A stretch of 64,000 nt of DNA from Pristiophorus japonicus (Eukaryota). Where the stretch lies: positions 120,900,001 to 120,964,000 of the forward strand of contig NC_091983.1 of assembly GCF_044704955.1 (NCBI RefSeq), read 5' to 3'. The notes beneath the pieces are model-generated. The model was given only the letters and a program-made list of their open reading frames with translations. It was not told the origin of the DNA and did not search any database. The translations under genes and the position numbers were made by a program. Position 1 is the first letter of the stretch. The number at the start of each line of letters is the position of its first letter. This document shows, piece after piece, positions 53,375 to 64,000 of the stretch.

Positions 53375-53471
53375 AGAAAGTTGGCAACAATTTTTTTAAA
53401 TGTATGCTTTCAGAAGACATAGACTATGTCTTCTGAAAGCATACATTTAAAAAAATTGTTGCCAACTTTCT
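53375..53471. repeat. Perfect inverted repeat, 48-bp arms, 1-nt spacer
   Basis: agaaagttggcaacaatttttttaaatgtatgctttcagaagacatag-a-ctatgtcttctgaaagcatacatttaaaaaaattgttgccaactttct. Confidence 0.97.
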
Positions 53472-54969
53472 GCACGCTCTACAGATTCTCACATGGGATG
53501 TAACATTCCATATGTATCTTTTTACCAAATTGGAAAAATTTGATACGTATCAGATGGTAAAGAAGGAAAAATGCAATGCGGAATATATGTCTGGAGATGC
53601 CATATGTGGACCTGACTTACAGGATAAATATTGCAGCTGATTACCTCCTTTATAAGAATGCTAATTTAGAAACAGATGGAGTATTTCTGGGGTCATCCAA
53701 GCAATGTCACCAGACTGGAGACCTCTGTGTGGGCCCCACTTCCACTGATCCATGGATCTGGATGCTGGTACCTTGGTTACTCAGCACAAAAGAGGCGGGA
53801 GCGACCAAAATTCTGGCAGCTGACTGGCTCCAGCTACTTCTGATGTCAAGCTGGTAATGTGGTTGACAGAAATTCCGCCTGCCCCTAATCCCAGTTAGAA
53901 ATCCCTGTTACATCTTCAGAGTGAACAGCCGCCGTTTCCAGGGCCTGTCAGATTTCCTGCCCTTACTGTTCTGCTCTCACAACTTTTATATCTGGATTCT
54001 GTCCCAGGCCCGAAGGAAATTATGGGCTTTTAAATAATTTTTTTTGTTAAAAGAATACCGTTTCACTTCTTAAACAATCACTGAAGTATGGTGTCATCAA
54101 TCAACATGATTGATGACACAACTTCATTAGCGAAATGCTAAAATCAGCGAACCAATAAAACAAATACAAAAATCAAGCGTTTGACTTGTAGAAAACATAT
54201 GGGGCCTGAAAATCAAGGAGCCGTCCATCCTAGCATAAACACCAGGGATGTGTAGGGGCAAGAGAAGGTTACCTTATTAGCATATGCTGGGCAGCCACCC
54301 ATGTCACTTATGTGGGTGCAGCTCAGACACCAAACTGCCCAAGGAGGCCAGACAATACAGTGAAATGCCAAGTCTGGAAAGATGACCCAAGTGCTTCATT
54401 TATACGGGGCCAAATGCAGTTCTCTGGGGGGTCCAGGCCATATTCTAAGCACGGGCCCTCAGGTGAATCCCGCATCTGCACCTCTGTTCACTGTTGTTTG
54501 ACCAGGCTGGTAATCTGTGCCCATGGCTACACCCACTTTATTACTATGATGGCCTTGTTTCCAGATCACATCCTAATTTGCAACCCTGCTGTCAGATTTT
54601 CACCGGCGTTATGGGGAGAGCACACCAGAAGAGCCATGAATTTTCAACCCCCATGATCTGCAGCACAAAGTCACTGCAGACCTTAAACAGAGTTTTCAGA
54701 GAAAAGTATTCTTCACCTGGAGCTTCTCGAATGTCAGCAGATTCCTTTTAGAATATGTATTTGTGAAGCTAGGCTTTGTGAACATTTTTCATTACTTTCT
54801 AACACACAAAATGTCATTGTGCTTTAGACAAGTTCATATCTGTATTATATTTATTTTTCATTGAGTTTAGAGCATAAAAAATAAGAGTAAGAATTTTGCT
54901 ATGACATTAAGCTGCTGGAAGTGTGGTATGGCAGAAGTATTTGGCATCGATGATCATTTTATGAATAAA

Positions 54970-56236
54970 GGCCACAATTTCGGGTCGGGTGCGGTCGGGA
55001 TGGGTGGCGGGTCCTGACCTCACAGCTGGCTCCAGTGGATCATGAAACATTTCTGCAAAGCCACACTCAACCTCATCCTGCTGTGCCACTCATCACATCC
55101 CCTTCACTCTGCTTTCCCTACCCTAATCTTGCACATTCTTACTCACATCAACTTACCTTGCACCTCCACCCATCCCTTTCTATCTATATTATCACATCCC
55201 CATCTCACTAACCACCCCTCACACTCACCCTCATCCTAGTCCAATCATACCAACTATCAATACACAAGGATAGGCACGTGTATTTTGGCTAATGTTCATG
55301 TGACGTTTCTGTTAATGTGCTGGGAATCATTGAAACCATTATTTTCACACTTTGAGTTCTTGGACAGATTTGTATGCATCTTTGGAAGTGGCTCGGTGAG
55401 TTGCGGTGAATGGTGAGCCATAACGGCATCCCCCCCCCGCAATGGTGATGAATGGTTTGGGCATTGTAGGGATGCTTTATGGTGATGGTGCGAGGTTATG
55501 CCAACCTGGCGCATCATGTGGCAGCCAAGATGTACAGCGTCAAGTCAAGTAAATCTGGTCCTGGTGAGGCAATCCCTGGTGTCCCGGGCGGAAATATGGT
55601 TGAGTTGTGTCCTGGGCAGCATCAGTTGATGTCGTTGGTGCTGCTGGTGCACCGGGTGCTGCTGGTTTTGGGGATGATTGTGGTGAGATTCTGAAGACCA
55701 AGGTGAGATAGTTTCAAGGATGCCGATGCTAATGTAATAGATGGCAGGTAAACTTGAGATGACAGAAGTGATCTGCCAAAGGTGAGAGAGGTTGTTCTAA
55801 TGAGGTGATACTGGATAGAGAGATGGCTCCAAACACTTGCAACCTGCATAAAGCTCAATGTGCTTTCAAATGCAGTAAGCAAGAGTTTTTGATATTGGAA
55901 AGTAACAGCTGTATGATGGGAGCTTTTATAGCACAATTAAGTAGTCAAGTAAAGAAATCAATTCATGGTCACACAACTCCTGACATCCTTACCTGACGTG
56001 ATCCCTGAGCAGCATGAACCACGTGGATAACCTGGTAAAATGGTAAGTTCAGCTCAAAATTCTTTTTAATAGGCTCTTTCCAAGATCATAGTGACCTAAA
56101 TAGCCTCCCCTGCTGCTGCATGTCAGGTCTGTTCAGTGTTGACAGACCCGATATTTGGGAAAATAGCATAGCATTTTAAATTTAACAGCTGAAGTGCCAC
56201 CAATCCTGTCCTCTGAGTGCTGGCAAAATTCCGGCC
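54970..56236. mobile_element. Internally deleted Harbinger derivative
   Basis: ggccacaattt ... aaattccggcc termini; 55085-55240 resembles the ORF2 intron at 63300-63450(-). Confidence 0.5.
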
Positions 56237-56439
56237 AAAGAGCCAGAAGAACCTTGTGTAATTTTCTTCATAATGACTTTGCAGGCAAGTAATCTGATGA
56301 GGTGTTTCAACATGACTTGCATCACTTTCCAAAGTGGGTTTTCTGCCAATGTTTTTGACTTGTTTTCACAAGCAAAAATGCATTTTTTATAAGCAGACTC
56401 ACATGTCTTATGAACTTAAAGTTGCAATATCTTGCATGA

Positions 56440-57030
56440 CATGAGGAATTCAGAAGAAAAGTCTTTACTCAGAGAATGATGAGAAAATGGAACTTGCTAC
56501 AGTGGTTGAGGCGAATAGCATAGATGCGTTTAAGGGGAAGTTAGATAAGTATATGAAGGTGAAAGGAATAGAAAGATAAGTTGATAGGATGAAATTAAGT
56601 AAATAGTGTGGGAGAAGGCTCATGTGGACTATAAACACTAGCCTTGGGCTAAACAGTCTGTTTCTGTGCCATAAATTCTATTATGGCTAGTCCTGTGGCA
56701 AACCATACCACTCATAGAATTACGTAGAATTTATGGCACAGAAACAGTGTATTGGCATTAGAAATTATGTGAGATTCCTCTTGGGTTCTGCTGTCCACAC
56801 CAGAGAAAATTTAATATATTTTAAACACCTCTATCAGATCTCTTCTTAAACTTTGTGCGAATGAAGAGATCCCTAGATTATCTAGTCTCTGCCCATAACT
56901 AAAGTATCTTAGTCAAATTATTTTGTTCCCCCTCCATGGCCTTGACATCCTTCCAAGAATACAGTGCCCAAAACTGGAAACACTATTACCACTGTAGTCT
57001 AACCAATGATTTTTATAGGTTTAGCATTAC
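56440..57030. mobile_element. Two old CR1 3' fragments, tail-to-tail (about 56440-56682 +, about 56712-57030 -)
   Basis: tttactcagagaatg..ggaac..gcatagatgcgtttaaggggaag..tgtttctgtgc; reverse-strand catagaattacgtagaa tail. Confidence 0.6.
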
Positions 57031-58473
57031 CACTTGATGGGCCAGAATGTCAGCGCAGAGGCCTGGATGAAAATGTGATTTTGATTAAAAAAAAGCTAAC
57101 CCTTTTCAAAAAAGGCAAGTATCCCTACAACAGTTATTGGCTGTTGTCAGCAAATTACCCTTTCAAAATGCAATGGGTCTCACAAGATACAATCCTGGCA
57201 AGTAATGCACTTCTGCTTCATGTAGGCATCCTTTATATTGGGGGCAAAAGAGGCAGACTTCACAAGAATTCAGGCAAATTATGTAATCCAGCCAGCCCCT
57301 TCTCTTGACATCATAAATAAAGGAGGTAGATGCAAGTAGCACTTCTTGACAATACTCTGGCATATGTCAAATGGGATAGGGACCTGGGAGAACCTGATCC
57401 ACCCCAAACACCTCCTCTGCCTGCATCAATAACACTTCAGATATGCAACAATTTAAAGGATTTTCGGCCACCTAGTATTTTACTTGAATTCTATTTTTGC
57501 CCTAAAACCAACAATAAAAACAACATTGACAGGAGGCTTATCAAACAAAACTCTTCATAGTAATCATTCAACCTGTACCCTATAATAACATGTTTCAGAT
57601 TTGTTTTCCAAACCATTAATCTTGTGGTAATGTAGATTTTAACCTAATTGTGTTTTACTGCATGCAGCTTGAAGAATAAAATTTACAGCAATAACAACAC
57701 AAGCTTATTTAAATAAAACACACAGTATACTTTGTGTGACGTTCTCCTTTAAAAACAAGTGTCCTCCTCTTGGTGCCATCTATTTTTATTAAATGTTAAA
57801 TCCCACTGTGCCCAATTCCATGATTCCTGCTGCAGATCTATATTCTGATGGCTGTCTCAGTCATTGATGCGTGCAGAAATCTAAAGACAGCTGAGGGGGT
57901 ACTGCACTGATATGCTGTTTCTTTGGCCCCTGAGGCTTCCTTTCATGCTAATCATATTTTACTATCAAAATGAGCAGGGTATCAGTTGACAGCTCTGCCC
58001 TAGACATTACTTATCCAGGCAGCTAAACAGCCTGGAAACTTCCTGATGTTCACAATCCTCAACTTCAAATGTGTCAGGCTGTCTGCCATCACAAACAAAA
58101 ACAATAGTTAAAATGGCAAAAAATGGTTGTGCATGTGTGTACAATTGTGTTAGGGTTAAGGTTGATATTATTTCATGTATAAATGAATCGATCTTTTCAG
58201 AGAGGACTAATGGTGATAGAATATATTATAATATTTGTTTTGAGTGCAAGGAGAATAATGAAAAAATCAATTTTAATGATTTCAGCAAAATATGTATTTA
58301 ACATATCAAAATTATGTGCAATTTCTCTTTTGAAAACTCACCTGTATACTAATCTCACAGTGACCAGGCTTTTCTCCTTTCTTTAGCAGAATAAAACCGA
58401 TGTGCCATTTCAGCATTTCAGAGGCATCCCTCTCTCTGCTATTTTAACAGCGGCATTAATCCATTTAAAATAA

Positions 58474-59940
58474 ATCATCATCATAGGCAGTCCCTCGGAA
58501 TCGAGGAAGACTTGCTTCCACTCTTAGTATAAGTTCTTAGGTGGCTGTACAGTCCAATACAAGAACCACAGTCTCTGTCACAGATGGGACAGATAGATGT
58601 TGAGGGAAAGGGTGGGCAGGGAGCCTGGTTTGCCGTAAGCTCCTTCCGCTGTCTGCGCTTGATTTCTGCATGCTCTCGGCGACGATACTCGAGGAGCTCA
58701 GCGCCCTCCTGAATGCACTTCCTCCACTTAAGGCAGTCTATGGCCAGGGACTCCCGGGTGTCAGTGGGGATGTCGCACTTTATCAGGGAGGCTTTGAGGA
58801 TGTCCTTGTAACGTTTCCTCTGCCTGCCTTTGGCTCATTTCCGTGGACGAGTTCCGAGTAAAGCGCTTACTTTGGGAGTCTCGTGTCTGGCATGCGAACT
58901 ATGTGACCTGCCCAGCGGAGCTGATCAAGTGTGGTCGGTGCTTCAATGCTGGGGATGTTGGCCTGGACGAGGACGCTAATGTTTGTGCATCTGTCCTCCC
59001 AGGGGATTTGCAGGATCTTGTGCAGGCATCGCTGGTGGTATTTCTCCAGCGACTAGAGGTGTCTACTGTACATGGTCCACATCTCTGAGCCATACAGGAG
59101 GGCGGGTATTAATACGGCCCTGTAGACCATGAGCTTGGTGACAGTTTTGAGGGACTGGTCTACAAACACTCTTTTCCTCAGGCGCCCGAAGGCTGCACTG
59201 GCGCACTGGAGACGGTATTGGATCTCGTCATCAATGCCTGCTCTTGATGATAGGAAGCTCCCGAGATAGGGGAAGTGGTCCACGTTGTCCAGGGCTACAC
59301 CATGGATCTTGATGTCTGGGAGGCAGTGCTGTGCGGCGAGGACAGGCTGGTGGTGGACCTTTGTCTTACTAATGTTTAGCGTAAGGCCCATGTTTTCACA
59401 CGCCTCGGTAAATACGTCGACTATGTTCTGGAGTTCAGCCTCTGTATGTGCACAGACACAGGCGTAGTCTGCGTACTGTAGCTCGACGACTGAGGTTGGA
59501 CTGGTCTTGGACCTGGCCTGGAGACGGCGAAGGTTGAACGGCTTCCCACTGGTTCTGTAGTTTAGTTCCACTCCAGCGGGGAGCTTATCAACTGTGAGGT
59601 GGAGCATGGCCACGAGGAAGATTGAGAAGAGGGTTGGGGCGAATGTGCAGCCCTTCTTGACCCCGGTCTGGAAGTGAATTGGGTCTGTGATGGATCCGTT
59701 GGTAAGGATCACGGCTTATATGTCGTCGTGGAGCAGTCGGAGGATGGTGACGTATTTTAGGGGGCATCCAAAACGGAGGAGGACGCCCCATAGACCCTCG
59801 CGGTTGGCAGTGTCAAAGGCCTTTGTAAGGTCGAAGAACACCATGTATAAGGGCTGGCGCTGTTCCCTGCATTTTTCCTGCAGCTGTTGCGCTGCAAAAA
59901 TCATGTCCGTTGTGCCCCGGAGGGAACGAAATCCGCACTG
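58474..59940 (-). mobile_element. RTE-clade LINE, 5'-truncated
   Basis: FFDLTKAFDT, ELQYADY; (cat)n tail; colinear with 26040-27492. Confidence 0.93.
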
Positions 59941-60071
59941 CTGGACAGAGGAATATCATACAAACATGTCAGGTTATACTTTCTCTGTCCTGTACCTGGG
60001 GAATCAGTATTCCCTAGTCACAGGACAGAGGTAAAAGGGGCAGAGATCTGTTGGAAAAAAATTAAAAAAAT

Positions 60072-61590
60072 GAAAGACTTGCATTTATATAGTGCCTTTC
60101 ATGTCCACCAACACTTTACAGCCAATTAAGTACTTTTTGAAGTGCAGTCACTGCTGTAATGTAGGAAATACAGCAGGCAATTTGTGTATAGAAATATAGA
60201 AACATAGAAAATAGGTGCAGGAGTAGGCCATTCGGCCCTTCGAGCCTGCACCACATTCAATAAGATCATGGCTGATCTTTCACCTCAGTACCCCTTTCCT
60301 GCTTTCTCGCCATACCCCTTGATCCCCTTAGCCATAAGGTCCACATCTAACTCCCTCTTGAATATATCCAACGAACTGGCATCAACAACTTTCTGCTATA
60401 GAGAATTCCACAGGTTAACAACTCTCTGAGTGAAGAAGTTGCTCCTCATCTCAGTCCTAAATGGCTTACCTCTTATCCTTAGACTGTGTCCCTGGTTCTG
60501 GACTTTCCCAACATTGGGAACATTCTTCCTGCATCTAACCTGTCCAGTCCCATCAGAATTTTATATGTTTCTATGAGATCCCCTCTCATCCTTCTAAACT
60601 CCAATGAATAAAGGCCCAGTCGATCCAGTCTCTCCTCATATGTCAGACCAACCATCCCGGGAAACAGTCTGGTGAACCTTCGCTGCACTCCTTCAATAGC
60701 AAGAACGTCCTTCCTCAGATTAGGGGACCAAAACTGAACACAATATTCCAGGTGAGGCCTTAACAAGGCCCTGTACAACTGCAGTAAGACCTCCCTGCTC
60801 CTATACTCAAGTCCCCTAGCTATGAAGGCCAACATACCATTTGCCTTCTTCACCGCCTGCTGTACCTGCATGCCAACTTTCAATGACTGATGTACCATGA
60901 CACCCAGATCTCGTTGCATCTCCCCTTTTCCTAATCTTCCGCCATTCAGATAATATTCTGCCAAAGTGGATAACCTCACATTTATCCATATTATACTGCA
61001 TCTGCCATGCATTTGCCCACTCACTGAATCACATTGCAGCCTCTTAGCTTCCTCCTCGCAGATCACAACGCCACCCAGTTTAGTGTCATCTGCAAACTTG
61101 GAGATATTACACTCAATTCCTTAATTTAAATCATTAATGTATATTGTAATTAGCTGGGGTCCCAGCACTGAGCCCTGCGGCACCCCACTAGTCACTGCCT
61201 GCCATTCTGAAAAGGACCCGTTTATCCCGACTCTCTGCTTCCTGTCTGCCAACCAGTTCTCTATCCACGTCAATACATTACCCCCAATATCATGTGCTTT
61301 AATGTTGCACACTAATCTCTTGTGTGGGACCTTGTCAAAAGCCTTTTGAAAGTCCAAATACACCACATCCACTGGTTTTCCCTTGTCCACTCTACTAGTT
61401 ACATCCTCAAAAAATAACAAACTCACATAAACAGCAATGTAATAATGACCAGATAATCTGATTTAGTGATGTTGATTGAGGGATAAATATTGGCTAGGAC
61501 ACTGGGGATAACTCCCCTTCTCCACTTCCAAATAATGCCATAGGATCTTTTACGTCCACCCGAGTGGTTTAACGTTTCATCCGAAAGATG
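60072..61590 (-). mobile_element. SacSINE1/DeuSINE-like SINE (60072-60186 + 61416-61590) split by CR1 E
   Basis: gacttgcatttatatagtgcctttc..cagccaatt..aatttgtg | aacagcaatg..gggataaatattggc..ggatcttttacgtccacc; family recognised from recall. Confidence 0.75.
60187..61415 (-). mobile_element. CR1 LINE (E), 5'-truncated
   Basis: ORFs 61121-61426 and 60479-61066 encode CR1 RT; (catagaaa)n tail; same subfamily as G. Confidence 0.94.
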
Positions 61591-61591
61591 T

Positions 61592-64000
61592 TGGAGGTCA
61601 CTCTCAGTACAGTGGAGATCACTCTCACCGCACTGGAGGTCACTCTCACTACATTGGAAGATTGCGTGTCTGATCGGCACTTTACATTTGTCACTTATCA
61701 GATCAGCATGAGTGCTGTTTATGCTGTTCCACCTTGGATCTCCTATAATGACCAAACCATTCCTTTAACAGACACCCGTTGCTCGCAGTTAAATCATGTC
61801 TTACCATTAATTACAAAGGACAAAGCCACTTGTCAGACAGCAGGCAAAGATGGGCAAGATGGGAAAGTGGAAAGTGGTGCAAAGAAATTATTTTATGTGC
61901 CTCCAAATTTCAACATAACCTTCACAGTGCAACATTGCCTAATACACCCATGTGCCTACACTTGTGCATCTAGAATTCTTTCATCTTCTTCTTCCTACCA
62001 CTTCTATGTTGTGCAATCCCTGTGGCTTCAGTAGAGTTAGAGGCAGCCTGCTCACTTCCCTGCTCTGACTGCTCAGATTCTCTTGGTCGATGTCCTCTGG
62101 GTTTTGAAGCCCATGAGGGCCCCACCAAAGACTGCTCCTCCTGCACCTGTGTAGGGGAAAACTCGGCCATTGGGAGACGAGGTAGCATGTGGGGCACTGA
62201 CTGAGGTGGGGTCAATGGGTTAGAAATGGAAGCACTTTGAGCAGAGTCATCACTTCTATGTCCCCTTTCACCACCCCCTCTCATGGCCCACCTGCACTCC
62301 CCTGCTAGCAATGAGCTGTAGAGCACTTTGCTGCACATCAGTGGGACGATGAACAGCCAAGTCTAGGTATTTTTCCATCCTTGTTAAGGTGGCATTCAGA
62401 GTGTTCAAGTTGTTGGTGAGGGCAAGCATGCACTTGTTTGTATGCCGCATTTGATGCTCCATGGGCGAACACATCATAGCCATGGCCTGTGACATCAAGC
62501 CAATCATGCTTGAGATGGACTCCTCCATTCTCTCTGCAAATGGGTACATTGCGGATGGAAATCCTGCCAAAGCCTCACACATTTTTTGTTGCTCCTCCAG
62601 AATCATCCTCTTTATCAACGACCCCAGAGGTTCAGCGTCTGCATCCAGCCAAACATAACTTGGAGTATCCTGCGCCCTCTGATGAGGACTCTCCATTGCT
62701 GTCCCTGTCTGCACCATCTACTCACATATCATCTATGAAACACCATGTGGCAATACTAATATCTGACTCAATCGCACCAACATGTATGTATCTATGCTGG
62801 TGCATCGTGTGCATGCATCCTGTGATGGTGCGCCTCAGAGTTAATGACCTCCTCTGAGGATTCTTCTGGCTCCTCTGGCTGTTGGACACTTGATGGGCCT
62901 GTGGGAGAGTAAAGACATGAATTAGAACTGTCATGATAAAAATATTTTAAATGAACATTGTGCACATGATCATCAATACTGGCATTTGACATCAGGTCAA
63001 CATGAGTGACTGTTGTATGCCATGTGGCTGTGTGATCTTTAATTCTGTCACCAGGTAGTTGGGAGTTCCTCACCTCTCCATCTCTCACCACTGCCGATGC
63101 CAATACTCCAGTTATCTCCAGCACCTCTCCTTTGCAGCAATCAGCAGTGCCACCTCCGGTTTGCTCTCTTGGGTGTTCTGTGCTCTCTTCTCCTGCGAGG
63201 GTAACAAGAGACCTTTGAGTGAGAGTAATGGAATGAGTGGAACAGATAGATGGGCAACATCTGTAGAGGATGATTATGAGGAAGAGGCATAACATTGCAT
63301 TAAGATAAGGGTGAGTTTCAGTGGTGGATGGTCAGATGGGGATGTGAGTAAGTGTGTAGACATAGAGGGATGGGTGCACCTACAAGGTAGGCTGGTGTGA
63401 GCAGGAATAGGCTTGGGAAGGCAGAGTGAGGGAGTTGGGGGTGACACGCACATCTGGATGTAGTTGAATGTGGCATTGTACTCATCTTTCTTGACCTCAT
63501 GAGGTCATTACATTTTTTCCTGCACTGTATCCAGGACTGGTGATAACACTTCTGCTGCTCACCTCTGCTGCAAAATCCAGCCATGCCTTCTTGGTCTCTG
63601 AGGCTGGCTTCTTCCTCCCATCAACAGAGAAGAACACCTCTCTGTGGGCCCTAACTCTGTGCAGCAGGGAGGCATCATTGAATTGAGGGGTCACTTTTGT
63701 GTGTTGGGACTGCATTTTTTGGCCTCCCACCAAAACAAGATCTCTCCCACCAAAGCAAACTCTCTCCCACTAATGTCTCGCCAACCTTCAAATGTCAGCT
63801 TTGCATTGCTCCTTTAAATACCTGAGCTGAATTGGAATAATACGTGACGTTATCACGCCCACTCCCGTTAATTGGTTGGGAAACCCGGAAGTCAGATGTA
63901 AATGCAATGGCTTCGTTAAAAAGCCACTGTCAACTGCGCCGCTCTAATATCCGAGTTCCCCACGCAATCCAGGGCACCCCCACACCCAATGCGTCGGCAG
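61592..64000 (-). mobile_element. Harbinger derivative with four-exon Myb/SANT ORF2 pseudogene (about 63715-63486, 63192-63050, 62898-62790, 62715-62000); transposase deleted
   Basis: PQFNDASLL..VRAHREVFF..GRKKPASETKKAWLDFAAEVSS..SWIQCRKKCNDL; ccctcgcag|EKRAQN..TGGG; ctcccacag acceptor; 21-bp tandem at 61592-61662. Confidence 0.72.

Noticed and set aside
61592-61662. 21-bp repeats tggaggtcactctca-N6 resembling repeat-spacer units
   Set aside because: Only three degenerate tandem copies in a Harbinger leader; an ordinary short tandem duplication.
63497-63733. Host gene such as MSANTD4 or NAIF1
   Set aside because: Multiple decayed copies in TIR-bounded contexts with stops and frameshifts indicate transposon ORF2, not a domesticated gene.

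Overview
Eukaryotic, repeat-dominated DNA with no intact cellular gene recognisable. The repeat families (CR1 LINEs with SGNH-esterase ORF1 and octamer tails, a SacSINE1/DeuSINE-like SINE, Penelope, RTE, Mag-type Gypsy, PIF/Harbinger derivatives) suggest a cartilaginous fish; this is an inference. Nested insertions dominate: CR1>Penelope>2xCR1 (7.1-16.0 kb), Harbinger derivative>CR1>Gypsy (18.9-24.4 kb), CR1>Gypsy>2-3xCR1 (36.5-50.7 kb) and SINE>CR1 (60.1-61.6 kb). Both Gypsy elements have exact 5-bp TSDs. Most notable: minimal hammerhead ribozyme motifs in Penelope ends, a perfect 97-bp palindrome, an LTR hairpin with a compensatory double substitution, a 37-bp GC-rich array adjoining an RTE 5' end, Harbinger derivatives that keep a spliced Myb/SANT gene but lack the transposase, doubled CR1 3' ends, and weak signs of a decayed minus-strand host gene. 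No CRISPR, rRNA or true tRNA gene was seen. No clearly new biological system is established from sequence alone. Coordinates were read by eye and old-repeat boundaries are approximate.
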